64,000 nt of DNA, taken from an uncultured delta proteobacterium (lineage in GTDB: Bacteria; Myxococcota; UBA727; VGSZ01). The stretch's first letter is position 1; each line of letters opens with the position of its first letter. Location of the stretch: positions 192,001 through 256,000 of the forward strand of contig CAVZJB010000013.1 of the NCBI GenBank assembly GCA_963775425.1, written 5' to 3'. The notes beneath the pieces are model-generated. The model did not search any database and had not been told where the DNA came from. It saw only the letters and a program-made list of their open reading frames with translations. The position numbers were made by a program, and so were the translations under genes. Shown here piece by piece: positions 39,702 through 53,300 of this stretch.

Positions 39702-40775
39702 ATGCGGACAGCGCTGCGCGTCGCGGTGGTCGCCGGGCTCGTGTGCGGGCCCGCCGTCCCCGCGCGCGCCGTCCTCCTCGGCGACGCCTGCGGCCCCGAC
39801 GTCCACCCCGCCGCGCTCGCGCTGATGATCGACGCCACGTTCTCGGACGACGGCGGCGCGCACACGTTTCGCTCAGCCCACTGCGCGGCGGCGTTGGTGG
39901 CGCCGGACGCGGTGCTCACGGCGGCGCACTGCGTGGACACGTCGCTGCTCCTGCCGGGCAACGCCGTCGACGTCGTCGCGCGCTTCGCCGTCGCCGCCGA
40001 CGACGACCTGCGCGCCGTGGCCGCCGAGGGCTTCCCCGCCGGGAGCGTCGAGGTCACGGCGCTGGTGCTTGACCCGGGCTGGGATCCGCAGGCCTTCTTC
40101 GACGTCGCCGGCACCGGCAACGACCCGCACGACTTCGCCGTGCTGTTCCTGGCGGCGCCGGTCGAGGGCGTCGACCCGCTCGTCCTCGAGACCGAGGCGC
40201 CGGCGCCGGGGCGCGCGGCGGAGATCGTCGGCTGGGGCGAGGACGACGACGGCCTCTCGGGCGTGCGCCGCTGCGCCGAGAGCTTCGTCAACGAGGTCGG
40301 GGCCCACGAGCTGCAGGTCGGCTTCTCGACGAGCTCGCCGCGCGCGTGCGTCGGGGACTCCGGCGGCCCGGTGCTGCTCGCGGACAACGGCCGCGTCGCC
40401 GCCGTGCAGTCGCACCTGTACGACGAGGCCACGCGCTGCGACGAAGGCGCGGTCGCCGGCCTCGTCGATGTCGCGTTCGTCGACGACACCCTGCGCGCGG
40501 CCTGCGACGACGGCGCGCGCGCCGCCTGCGATCCCCCCGGCGCGCTCTTGCCCGCCGTCGACGACGCCGGGCCGGGAGACGCCGGAGACGGCGCGCTCGA
40601 CGCCGGCGACGTCGACGACGGCGGCGGCGGCGGCGACGGGGGCGGCGGGGGCGATGGGAGCGACGGCGGCCCCGGCGGATCGGACGACGCGAGCGCGCCC
40701 TCCTGCGGCTGCGCCCCCGCCGCGCTGCTGTTCCCGCTGGCGCCGCTCGCCCTGCGACGGCGACGACGGCGCTGA
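39702..40775 (+). CDS. Secreted trypsin-like S1 serine protease with MYXO-CTERM-like tail
   Basis: VLTAAHC, HDFAVL, CVGDSGGP catalytic triad; D/G-rich linker; SCGCAPAALLFPLAPLALRRRRR. Confidence 0.88.
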   Translation: MRTALRVAVVAGLVCGPAVPARAVLLGDACGPDVHPAALALMIDATFSDDGGAHTFRSAHCAAALVAPDAVLTAAHCVDTSLLLPGNAVDVVARFAVAADDDLRAVAAEGFPAGSVEVTALVLDPGWDPQAFFDVAGTGNDPHDFAVLFLAAPVEGVDPLVLETEAPAPGRAAEIVGWGEDDDGLSGVRRCAESFVNEVGAHELQVGFSTSSPRACVGDSGGPVLLADNGRVAAVQSHLYDEATRCDEGAVAGLVDVAFVDDTLRAACDDGARAACDPPGALLPAVDDAGPGDAGDGALDAGDVDDGGGGGDGGGGGDGSDGGPGGSDDASAPSCGCAPAALLFPLAPLALRRRRRR

Positions 40776-40927
40776 CGATCGGGCTGCGTCGCCGTTCGAG
40801 CGAGCGCGGCCGTCAAGGCCCCGTGATGATGAGACCGAAGCTCGCGCAGCCCGCGGCGGCGGCGAGGCAACCGCGGACTCGCGATTCACGCGGGGCAAGA
40901 CGTCATCATCTGCGAGAGACCCTCTCG

Positions 40928-41325
40928 CGCCGTGAATGTCGCAGCGCCGCTGAGCTCAAAGGGCGACGCGCAATGTGGTCCGTGGGCGCCGACGCCGCGG
41001 CGCGGCACGGGCAATACATTCGCGACGTCGGCTACATCGACGACCCGGCGGCTTGACGTCGGCTGCGTGGACGCCCACGCCCACGCGCGGCAGCAGGGAC
41101 GCGACGATGCCCGGCGTCCCCATGATGGCCCCGTAGGGCGGGGGCTTGTCCCCCGCGTCGGAAAGGCCGGGCGGGCGCTGCCGGTGTTTCCGAGGCGCCC
41201 CACAAGGGGCGCCCTACGTCTCGATGTCGTGCGTGCCGTCTCGACGTGTGCGGCGACGGCGAGCAAGACGTCGTCGTCAGCGACGAACGCCGTCCCGCCG
41301 TGAATGTCGTAACGCCGCTGAGCTC
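40928..41325. repeat. 30-bp direct repeats enclosing a head-to-head pair of GTAG REP-like elements
   Basis: cgccgtgaatgtcg(c/t)a(g/a)cgccgctgagctc at 40928-40957 and 41296-41325; REP at 41133-41156 (+) and variant gtagggcgccccttgtggggcgcc at 41194-41217 (-). Confidence 0.8.
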
Positions 41326-44300
41326 GGTCGGCGGCGGAGCAGCGCGAGCAGGGCCACGAGCGCGACGGCGGCTTCGCTCCCTCCACCGCCGCCGGTGCAG
41401 CCGCAGGAGGGCGGGGCGATCTTCAGCTTGGCGCCGACGTCGGTGACGATCGGGGAGCCGTCGTCGCCCTCGCCCTCGCCTTCGCCCTCGCCCACGTCGC
41501 CCTCGCCCTCGCCCTCGCCTTCGCCGACGTCGCCCTCGCCCTCGCCCTCGCCCTCCGCGGCCGCGGCGACCGTGAAGGTCGAGGACGCGAAGGGGCCGGG
41601 GCCGGCGAGGTCGCTGCCGCGCGCGCGCCAGGTGTAGGCGCCGTCGGCGAGCGCCGGCAGCGTCACCTCGACGACCCCCGCGCTCGCCCCCAACGGGCCC
41701 GCGTGGAACACCAACGCGCTGCCCGAGAACACGTCCACCTCGCTCGTCACCGCGTCGCCGTCGGGGTCCACCGGCTCCTCGAAGCGCAACACCGGCGTCG
41801 CCGTCGTCACGATCTCGTTCACCAGCGGTGACACCAGGCGCGGCGCCAACGGCCTCTGGTTGTCGCTCACCAGGCGGAAGTGGCGCTCCTCGCCAGGCGC
41901 CGACGACAGCCCGCCGGCCTCGACGGCGAACACCCGCCAGGCGTAGCGCGCCCCCGGCACCAGGCCGTCCGACACGTCGACGGAGACGCTGCCGTCGACG
42001 GCGCCGTCGTCGGCGTCGACGACGCCCGGCACGCTCGCGACGACGTCTCCGCTCACCGCGTCGCTCACCTCGAAGGTGTACGTGAGCGCCGCGCCCTCGA
42101 CGTCGACCACCGTCTGCGCCACCAGCGACACCGGCGCCTGCACCAGCGAGTTGTCGAGCGGCGCCACCAGCGGCGGCGCCGGCGGCGGCTCGTTCAGCGT
42201 GTCGACCACGAAGGACGCAGACGACGCTTCGCTGAACGTCGAACCGTCGCTGGCCCGGATGCGCCAGTGGTACGTGCCGTCGACGAGGGTGCCGGGTTGC
42301 AGCGACACCTCGCCGCCGCTCGCCGTCAGGTCCGTGAACACCTGCGTCGTCAGCGGCGCGAACAGCGGCGTGGAGTCGAGCTCCACGCGGTAGGTGACCG
42401 CGAGGCCCTCGGGGTCCGCCACCTCGCCCGCGCGCAGCAGCGGGTCGCTCACGGTCACCACCTCGCCGTCGGCGGGCGCCAGGATCTCCGGCGCCGGCGG
42501 CGGCTGGTTCAGGAGGTCGACGGTGAAGCGCGAGGGGCCGCCGACGCCGCCGGCGAGGCCGCGCGCGTCGACGGACTCGACGTCCCAGAACCACGCGCTC
42601 TGATCGGGGAGCACCGAGGTCAGCGTGAAGGTGGCGAGCCCGTTCACGGCCGGCACCAATTCGCTCGTCGCCACCGGCGTGTCCCCGGGGAACGCGCGCA
42701 GGCGGAAGCGATAGAACACCTCGTCGCCGTCCGGGTCGACGACGCCGCCGACCACGAACGTGGGCGAAGCCACCGTCACCACCTCGCCGTCGAGCGGCTC
42801 GAGCAGCGTGGGCGCGGGCGGCGGATCGTTGACCACGTCGACGAAGAAGTCGCGCGTCTCCACGGACGGGGTGTTGCCGCGGCCGTCGGTGGCGATCACC
42901 AGCCACGAGAACGTGCCGTTTTCCGCGAGCTGCGTGGTCACGGTGTAGCTGCCGGTGTCGTCGGCGTCGGTAACGAGGCCGTCGACGCGCTCGAGGGGCG
43001 CGTCGGGCGAGCCGCCGGCGGCGAACACGATCACCGAGTAGGTGACGGGGTCGCCGTCGGGGTCGCTCGAGCCGCGCCACGACAGGGTCGGCGTGGCCGT
43101 GGCCACGTGCAGGCCGTCGGCGGGCGCGAGCAGCGCCGGCGGCGTGGGCGCGTTGCTCACGAAGGGATCGGTGCCGCCGAGGAACTCGTCGAGGTTGACG
43201 ATGCCGTCGCCGTCCGGATCCGGCGGATCGGGCTGGGTGGGATCGAGGCCGAACTGGATCTCCCAGGTGTCGGGCAAGCCGTCGGCGTCCTCGTCCTTGA
43301 ATGCGGTGACCACCGTGACGTCGATGACCACCGAGGCGCCGCTCGTGTCGCTGACGCGCACGCGGACGGTGCGCAGGCCGACGTCGGCGAACGCTGGCGT
43401 GAAGTGCAGGGCGCCCGCGGCGTCGAAGGTGACGCCGGCGGGCCCGCTCACCTCGGCGAAGGTGAGCGTGTCGCCGTCCGGATCCGACGCCTCCAACGGC
43501 AGCACCAGCTCCGTGCCCTCCGTGGCCGACGCGAACAGCGCGGGGTTGGCGGTGGGCGCGCGGTTCACGTCGCGCACGGTGACGTTCCAGGTGCGGCTGG
43601 TGGCGACGCCGTTGGCGGTGGCGGTGAAGGTGACGGTGTAGCCGCCGGCCTGGTCGAACGTCGGGATCCACTCGAACACGCCGGCGGTGGTCGAGAAGGT
43701 CGCGCCCGGCGGCAGATCGGTGGCGGACAGCGTCACCGTCGACGGCGGCGTGTTGGGATCGGTGGCGGTGACCGTGGCGCTCAGGCGCACGCCCTCGTCG
43801 ACGACGGCGTCGGCGGGCACGACCAGGCTCGGCGGCACCGGGCCGCCGCCGACCACGATGGTGATGGTCTCGCTGTCCGTGAGCACACCGTCAGAAACCG
43901 TGAAGGTGACGTCGACGGCGCCGACGTCCCCGACGCCCGGGGTCCAGCGGAACACGCCGGCGTTCAGCGTGGAGGCCGCCGGCGCGTTCTGATCGCTGAA
44001 GGTGAGCGGGTCGCCGTCGGCGTCGGTGGCGGCGAGCGAGATGACGAGCTCACTGCCGACGTCGGCGCTCTGGTTGCCCACGGGCGAGAGCACGGGCGCG
44101 TCGTTCACCGGCGTCACCGTGAAGTGAACGGGGAGATCGGCGAAGGCGCCGGCGGCGTCCTCCACGCGCAGGGTGAACGAGACGTCGCCGACCTCGGGGT
44201 CGTCGGGCGCGAAGCGCAGCACGATGGAGCCGTCCGCGCTCGGCAGCAGCGTGGCGGCGCCAGGCGCGCCGAGCAGGCTGAAGATCAGGGAGTCGCCGAC

Positions 44301-47300
44301 GTCGATGTCGTCTGCGAACAGCGTGGTGACGAACACGTCGCCTTCGGCCACGGTGGTGCTCACCGGCGCCGAGGTGAAGAACGGCGCGTCGTTCTTGTTC
44401 ACCACCGTGACGGTGAAGCTGCGCGTGGCGAACGCGCCGGCGAGGTCCTGCGCGCGCACGGTGACGGGGTGGTCGCCGACGTCGTCGTTGCCGGGCACCC
44501 AGGTGACGTGGCCGGCGGAGACGGTCATGCCGGGCGGTCCGGTGGTGATGGAGAGCGTGACGGAGTCGCCCACGTCGACGTCCTGCACCGCCGGCTGCCA
44601 ATCGAAGGTGGCGTCCTGCAGCACGGTGGCGGGCGGCGCGGGGTTGGCGAGGATGACGGGCGCGTCGTTGACGTTCGAGACGGTGATCGTGAACGACTGC
44701 GTGGCCGAGCCGCCGTTGGGATCGCTGGCGGACAGCGTCACGGCGTGGTCTCCGACGTCGGCGTTCTGCGGCGTGTAGAGCACCTGGCCGGTGGTGGCGC
44801 CGACGGTGAGGCCGGCGGGGCCCGAGACCACGGCGAACGTGATTGGGTCGCCGTCGGGGTCGGTGGCGCGCGCGGTGTACGCGTATTGCTGGTCCTCGAC
44901 CGCGGTGGTCACGGGGCTGCTCGTGAACACCGGCGGATCGTTGACGGCGGTGACGTCGACGGTGAACGACTGCGTGACGGTGCCGCCGCGCCCGTCGCTG
45001 GCGAGCAGCGTGAACACCTGCGGACCGGTCTGGCTACCGCTCGGCGTCCACGACAGCGCGCCGGCGGCGATGGTGACGCCGGTGGGCCCGCTCTGCAGCG
45101 TGACGGTGACGGCGTCGCCGTCGGGATCCGACGTGGTGATCGCGTAGCTGAAGAGCTGGCCCTCGGTGGCGGTCGTGCCCGGTGTGCTCGTGAACAGCGG
45201 CGCGCGGTTCACGTCGACGACCGTGATGGGCACGCTGGCGTCGGCGGACAGGCCGCCGCTCACGGCGTGGAACGACGCGGTCTGCGCGCCGGCCTCGTCG
45301 AAGCCCGGGCTGTAGCTGTAGACGCCGGCGGCGAGCGCGCCCGGGCCAGACGCCAGGGTGAGCGTGACGGCGTCGCCGTCGGGGTCGCCGGCGGACACGG
45401 CGAAGCTGAGCGTGGCGCCCTCGTTCACCGACTGCGCGCCGGGCACCGTGATCACCGGCGGCCGGTCGGTGTTCTGCACGTCGACGGTGACGGCGCGCGT
45501 GGCGGTGGCGGCGCCGTCGTCCGCGAAGAGCGTCATGGCGTGCGCGCCCGCGTCGTCGAAGCCCGGCGTCCAGGTGAACACGCCGCTCTGCGCGTCGATG
45601 CTCGCGCCGGCGGGCAGCCCGCTCACGCCGTAGGTGAGCGTGGGGCTGTCGACGTCGGTGGCGGCGATGGTGAAGGTGAGCGTGGCGCCCTCGGCGACCG
45701 TGAGCGTGCCCGACGGCGTGGGCGCCACCAGCACCGGCGGATCGTTCACGGGGGTGACCGTGACGCTGAACGACTGATCCACCGAGGCGCCCGCGTCGTC
45801 GGTGACGCGCAGCACCACCGCCTGGGCGCCGCTCACGCCCTCGCCAGGCGTCCCCGACAACACGTGCGTGGCCGCGTTGAACGTGAGGAACGACGGCAGC
45901 GTCGGCGCGGAGAACGTGAGCACGGCGCCTGCGTCGACGTCGGCGGCCGCGGCCGTGTACGCGTACGGCACGTCCTCCGTCGCCGTCGTCGGCGGCGTGG
46001 ACGTGAAGGTGGGCGGGTCGTTGGTGTTGACGACGGTGAGCGTGAAGGACTGTGTGGCCGAGCCGCCCCTGCCGTCCTGCACGCGGACGGAGACGGCGTG
46101 GTCGCCGACGTCGGCGTTTTGTGGCGCGTAGCTGAGGACGCCGGTGAGCGCGGCGACGGTCATGCCCGCGGGCGCGGTGTCGAGCGACCAGGACAGCGCG
46201 TCGCCGTCGGGGTCGGAGGCGGCGGCGGTGTAGCTGAACGGCGCGTCCTCGTTGGTGATCGTGGGGGGCGTGGCGGTGAAGACCGGGGCGCGGTTCACGT
46301 CGACGACGGTGACGGCGATGGTCTCCTGCGCGAACAGCCCGCCGGCGTCGGTGACCTTGAAGGTGGCGTGGTACACGCCCGCCGCCGCGAACGACGGCGA
46401 AAACGAAAACGCGCGCGTGGCCGCGTTGAAGGTGGCGCCGGCGGCGAACGGGTCGAGCACGCCGCCGGTGGCGCTGAAGGTGAGCGCGTCGCCGACGTCG
46501 GGATCGGAGGCGTTCACGGTGAACGTCAACGTGGCGCCTTCATCGACGCTCTTGTCGCCGATGGCGGTCAACGACGGGGCGCGGTTGACGTCGCCCACGG
46601 AGATGGTGACCACCTCGCTGTCGCTGAGCGCGCCGTCGGAGGCGGTGAAGGTGACGTCGAAGCTGCCGGCGTCGCCGAAGCCCGTGGCCCACGAGAACAC
46701 GCCGGTGGCCGCGGTGAAGGAGGCGCCCGGGGGCAGCCCGGTGGCGGAGAGCGTGGGCGCGGTGCCGTCGGGATCGGTGGCGGTGACGTTGAAGGTGAGC
46801 GTGGCGCCCTCGGCCACGCTCTTGGGCCCGATGGGCGCGAGCACAGGCGCGTCGTTCACGTCGGCGACGTCGACGACGAAGCTCTGGCTCGCGAACAGCC
46901 CACCGGCGTCGGTGACGCGCAAGGTGACGGAGCTCGGGCCCACGTCGGCCTGGCCGGGCGTCCCCGACAACACGTGGGTGGCCGCGTTGAACGTGAGCCA
47001 CGCGGGCAACACGGGCGCGGAGAAGGTGAGCGTGTCGCCGGTGTCGGGGTCGGACGCGGTGGGCGTGTAGCTGAAGAGCGCGCCCTGGGTGCCCGCGGTG
47101 GGCGCCGCGGACGCGAACACGGGCGGATCGTTGACGTCGATGACGGTGACGGTGAAGGAGCGCTCGTCGAACGCGCCCGAGGCGTCGGTGACGCGCGCGG
47201 TGACGCCGTGCGCGCCGACGTCGCTCGCGCCTGTGACCCAGGTGACGGCGCCGGTGGCGCCGTCGACGGTCATGCCCGCAGGCGCGGTCGGGAGCGTGAA

Positions 47301-50300
47301 CGTGAGGGCGTCGCTGAGCCCGGCGTCGCGGTCGGCGTCGGTGGCGGAGAGCGTGGCGTTGAACGTCTGCCCCTGGGTGACGCTGCCGTCGGCGGGCTGC
47401 GCGAGCACCGGCGCGTCGTTGACGTTCTGGACGGTCACGGTGAAGGAGCGGTCGAAGGACGCGCCGGCGGCGTCGGTGACGCGCACCACCACCTGCACGC
47501 TGGGCGGGTTGACGTCGCCGGGGCCCGGGGTCCAGTCGACGCGCGCGGTGTCGGCGTCGACCTGCGTGACCGTGAGGGCGGCGGGGCCGCTCTGCTTGGT
47601 GAAGGTCAGCGTGTCGCCGGGCGCGGCGAGGTCGCCGTCGGTGGCGTCGAGGGTCTGGCTGAACAACACGCCCTGGGTGGCGGACGTCGACGCGGGCGCA
47701 GCCAGCGCCGGCGGCTGGTTCACGTTGGTGACGGTGATGGACGTGGTGGCGTCGGTGGTGAGGCCGCCGGCGGCGGCGCGGAAGGTGGCCGACGTGGTCC
47801 CCTGCTGCGCGAAGGACGGCGTGAACGAGAAGGCCCCCGTCGACGCGTTGAAGCTGGCGCCGCTCGGGAGCGACACGGCGCCGAGGGTGACGGTGTCGCC
47901 GTCGGCGTCGGCGCCGGTGACCGTGAAGGAGAGCGTCCCGCCCTCGGCCACCGTCTGCGACGCCGGCGCCGTCACCGTGGGCGCGCGATCGGTGTTGGCG
48001 ACGACGAGCGCGATGGCGCGCGTGGTGGTGTCCTTTCCGTCCGTGACCGACAGCGTGACGTTCACCGTGCCGGCCTGCGTGAACGACGGCGTCCACGAAA
48101 ACACCCCGGTGCTTGCGTCGACGGTGGCGCCGCTCGGCAGCGGAGAGACGTCGAAGCCAAGCGCGTCACCGTCGGCGTCGGTGGCGTCCATGTCGAACGT
48201 GAGGAGCGCGCCTTCGCTGCCGGACAGATCGGTGGTGGGCGTGGGCGGGCTCGTGAACACCGGCGCGCGGTTGACGTCGGCGACGGTGATGACCACCACC
48301 TCCTCGTCGGTGGCGCCGTTGGCGCTGGCGGTGAAGGTGACGACGAACGTGCCGGCGTCGGTGAAGGACGGCGTCCACGAAAACGTCCCGGCGCCGCTGC
48401 CGGGGCTCGAGCTGAACGTGGCCCCGCGCAGGAACGGATCGGAGCCCGCGAGCCCCGCCGCGCTGAGGGTGACGGCGTCGCCGTCCGGGTCCGTGGCGGT
48501 GACGGAGATGGTCAAGGGCGCGCCCTCGTCGACGCTCTTGTCCCCGATGGGCGCGATCGCCGGCGGGCGATCCACGTTGCCCACTGCGATCTGCACCACC
48601 TCGCTGTCCGACAGCGCGCCGTCGCTGGCGGTGAACGTGACGTTGAACAGCCCCGACTGCGACGACGACGGCGTCCACGAGAACACGCCCGACGTCGCGT
48701 TGAAGGTCGCGCCCGACGGCAGCGGCGACGCCGAGAGCGTGGGCGTGGTGCCGTCCTCGTCGCTGGCGGTGACGGTGAAGGTCAACAGCTCCTGCTCGTT
48801 GACGCTCTTGTTCCCGATGGCGTCGAGCACGGGCGCGTCGTTCACGTTGGCGACGTTCAAGGTGAAGCTCTGGTCCACCTGCGCGCCCTGCCCGTCGGTG
48901 ACGCGCAGGGTGACGGCGTTGCCGGCGGCGCCGACGTCGGCCTGGCGCGGCGTGCCCGACAACACGTGCGTCGACGCGTTGAACGTGAGCCACCCGGGCA
49001 GCGCACCCACGACGGAGAACGTGAGCGTGTCGCCGAGGAACTGGTCCGCGTCGCTCGCCGTGGCGGTGTAGCTGAACGCGCTGTCCTCGGTGGCCGCCGT
49101 CGGCGCCGTGGACGTGAACACCGGGGCGTCGTTCACGTTTGCCACGGTGACGTTGAAGCTGCGCTCGTCCGTGAGGCCGAGGTGGTCGGTGACGCGGATG
49201 GTGACCGTCTGCGTCCCGACCTCGTTCGCCGCCGGCGTCCAGTCGAGGCGCACCGTGGTGGCGTCGAGCTTGGTGACGGTCATCGAGCTCGGCGACGGGC
49301 TCTGCCGGGAGAACGTGAGCACCTCTCCCGACGGCGCCGTGGCGAGGTCGACGTCGCTCGCGGTGAGGGTGGCCTGGAACAGTTGCCCCTGGGTGGCGCT
49401 CGTCGACGAGGGCGCCCCCAGGACCGGTGCCTGGTTGACGTCGTTGACCGTGATGCTCGCGCTGCAGGCGACGCTGTCGACGCCGCCCGCGCTGGCGCGG
49501 AAGCTGGCGACGGCGCCGCCGGCGTCCGCGAAGCCCGGGGTCCAGGAGAACACGCCGGTGGCGGCGGTGAAGCTGGAGCCCGCCGGCAAGGACACCGACG
49601 AGAGCGTCACCGCGTCGCCGTCGAGGTCGACGCCGGTGACGTTCAGCGTGACGGTGGCGCCCTCGTCGACGACGGCGCTCGTGGGGCTCACCGCGCACGT
49701 GGGCGGCCGGTCGGTGTTGGTCACGGTGATGGTGAGCGCCTGCTGGGTGGTGGCCACGCCGTCCGTGACCTGGAGTGTGACGCTCCTGACGCCGGCGTCG
49801 GAGAAGCCGGGCGTCCATGAAAACACGCCGCTGGCCGCGTCGAGCGAGGAGCCGGTGGGCTGGCTCAGCATGGAGAAGGACAGCGCGCTCGGGCCGTCCG
49901 GATCGGAGGCGTCGAGGTCGAAGGTCAACACAGCGCCCTCGGCGACGGTGACCGCAGCGCCCGGCGTGGCCGTGAACGTGGGTGCGTCGTTCACGTTTTG
50001 CACGGTGACGGTGAAGCTCTGCTCCACCGGCGCGGCGATGCCGTCGCTGACGGTGAGCACGACGTCGTTGTCGCCCACGTCCGGGTCGTCGGGCGTCCCC
50101 GACAACACATGCGTGCCCGTGTCGAAGCTGAGCCACGAGGGCAGCGTGGTGGCGGCGAAGGTCAACGAGGCGCCCACGTCGACGTCGGCGGCGGTGGCCG
50201 TATACGAGAGGGGCACGCCCTCGGTGGCGCTGGTGGGCGGCGTCGACGTGAAGACGGGCGCGTCGTTCACGTTCACCACGGTGAGGGTGAAGGTCTGATC

Positions 50301-53300
50301 GGTGTGGGCGGCGCCGTCGGAGGCGCGCACGGTGACGGTGTGCGGGCCGACGTCGGCGTTTTGGGGCACCCAGGTCAAAAGGCCGCTGACGCCGTCGATG
50401 GTCATCCCGCCGGGAGCGGCCGCCAGCGAGAACGTGACGGCCTGGCCGTCGGGGTCGGTGGCGTCGGCGTCGTAGCTGAAGGTGGTGTCCTCGTCGACGC
50501 TGGTGCTCGGGGTGGACGAGAAGACGGGCGCGCGGTTCACCTCGTTGACGTCGATCCCTACGTCGACGCTGTCGGCCTCACCGTCGACGTCGGTGACCAC
50601 GAAGGTCACCACGTAGCTGCCGCTCTCGTCGAAGCCGGCGTTGAGCGTGAAGTCGCCGGTGGCGGGATCGAGGGACGCGTCCGAGAACGTGGGCGCGGCG
50701 TCGAAGCTGAACGTGATGGTGTCGCCGACGTCGACATCGACGGCGGCCACGGCGAAGGCGAGCGTCTGGCCCTCGTCGACGTTGAACGAGAGCGTGCTGC
50801 CCGGGCTCTGGCCGTTCACCGCCGTGATGACCGGCGCGTCGTTCACGTTTTCGACGGACAGGTCGAACGTGGAGGTGGTGGTGGCGATGCCGTCCGAGGC
50901 CGCCACCGTGACGGCGACGGCGGACGTGACGTCGGAGTTCGTGGGCGTTCCCGAGAGCTTGCAGGCGCGCGTGGGCGTGTCCTGGCGGGTGACGCTCACC
51001 CACGCCGGGCCGCTCTGCTTGCTGCATGTGAGGGTCTGGCTCAGGCCGCCGGCGTCGACGTCGGCGTCGCCGAAGCTGAGCGTGCTCGAAAACGGCGCGT
51101 CCTCCGTGGCCGCCGTGGTTGACGGCGCGCCGAGCACGGGCGCGTCATTCACGTTGGTGATGGTGACTGCGAAGCTCTGCGAGTCGCTGGCGGTGCCGTC
51201 GCTCGCGACCACCGTGATGGTGGTGCCGGAGGAGGGGAGGTCGGCGTCGTCGGGGGTGCCCGTCACGCGGCAGCGACGCGTAGGCGTGTCAACGCGCGTC
51301 ACCGACAGCCACGACGGCGGCGTCCCCGACAACGCGCAGGTGAGCGTCTGCGCGAGGCCGGAGACGTCGACGTCCGCGTCGGAGAAGGACAAATCGGACA
51401 CGAACCCCGACCCCTCGGTGGCCGCCGTGCTCGAGGGCGCCCCGAGCACCGGCGCGTCGTTCACGTTGGCGATGGTGATGTCGACGCCGGCGCTGTCGGA
51501 GTCCGTGCCGTCGGAGACCTGCACCGTCACCGTCACCGGCGACGTGGGCACGTCGGCGTCGCCGGGCGTGCCCGAGAGCACGCAGGCGTTGGAGGGCACC
51601 GTCTGCGTGCTCACCGACAGCCACGCCGGCGGCGTGCCGCCCAGGCTGCACGTCAGCGTTTGCGCGATGCCGCTGACGTCGATGTCGGCGTCGGACACCG
51701 CGAGCGTGGACGAAAACGGCGCGTCCTCCGTTGCCGTGGTGTTGCTCGCTGCCCCGAGCACCGGCGCGTCGTTGATGTTGTTCACCTTGAGCGAGAAGCT
51801 CCTGGACGCGGTGGCGATGCCGTCGGACGCGTCGATGGTGACGCTGGTGCCGCTGGTGATGTCGCCGTCGCCGGGCGTGCCCGTGAGCTCGCAGGCGCGC
51901 GAGCCGCCGCTGCCGACCAGCGCGACCGAAAGCCACGCAGGGTGTCCGCCGTTGAAGGCGCACGTGAGCGTCTGCGTGAGGCCGGAGACGTCGACGTCGG
52001 CGTCGGAGAAGGCGAGGTCGCTCGTGAAAGCGCCGTCCTCCGTGGCGGTGGTGGCGGACGGCGCACCGAGCACGGGCGCGTCGTTGATGTTGGCCACATC
52101 GACGGCGACGTCCACGGTGGTGGTGGTGACGCCGTCGCTTGCCTCCACCTTCACCGTGCTGGTGCCGACGTCCGCGTCGCCGGGGCTGCCGGTGATGCGG
52201 CAACGCCGCGGGCCGCTGACCAGAGACACCGTCGCCCACGACGGCGATCCGCTCCCCGCGGAGCAGGTGAGCGTCTGCGCGATCCCCGCGGTGTCGACGT
52301 CGGCGTCGCCGAAATTGAGGTCCGACGTGAACGTCGCGTCCTCGGTGGCGCTGGTGTTGGACGCCGCCCCGAGCACCGGCGCGTCGTTGACGTTGGTGAC
52401 GGTGTCGATGGTGATGACGCCCGAGCTGGTCTTTGTGGGCGAGGGCGTGCCGTTGTCGGTGGCGGTGACGGTGATGGTGGTGCTGAGGACGCCGGCGGTG
52501 GCGGCGACGGCTGCGTCGTCGGGCGTCCACAACACCGTGGTGCTGCTGCCGGTGGCGGAGGTGAGCGTGGCGCCGCCGCCCGCGGGCTGGCCGGTGATGC
52601 TCCAGGTGACCGGGCCCTCCTCGTCGGTGGCGGAGAGCGTGTGGCTGTACTGCGTGCCCTCGGTGGCGGTGCTCGGCGGCGAGCCGAGGGTGACCACGGG
52701 CGCGTCGTTCACGCGCGTGACGCTGACGGCGAAGTCGTGGGTGGCGCACAGCGGGTCCACCGGGTCCTGATCGCAGACCTTCACCTGCACCGCCTGCGTC
52801 CCCGCCGCCGCCTGCGCGTCGGTGGGCGTCCACGAGAGCGTGGCGCAGACGTTGGATCCGCAGGTGGAGCCGCTCGAGATGGTCATGCCCGTGGGCTTGG
52901 TGGGCAAGCTGAACACCAGCCCGGCGCGGTCGACCTGATCGGGCTCGCTGACGGTGACGGTGGGCGCGTAGACGACGTCCTCGGTGGCGCTGGTGCTGGA
53001 GACGTTGGTGACGGCGGGCGCGCTGTTGTGGATGACGAGCTTGAAGGGCGTGACCCCCGGCAAGACGTTGTTGCCCTCGTTGCCGCCGGTCTCGGTGATG
53101 ACGTCGGTGGCGTCGATGACCACCCAACTGTTGAACGCGTCGTCGCTGGCGGCGGGCTTTTGGATGTTGGTGAGGCGCGCTGTGAAGTTGAAGCCCACGG
53201 GGCCCGACGTGCCCGCCGGCACCGACGTGTCGGTGAGCGCCTCGCAGTTCGACGACGTGCACGTGGTGGAGGTGGTGGGCGCCGTGGCCAGATCCTTGAA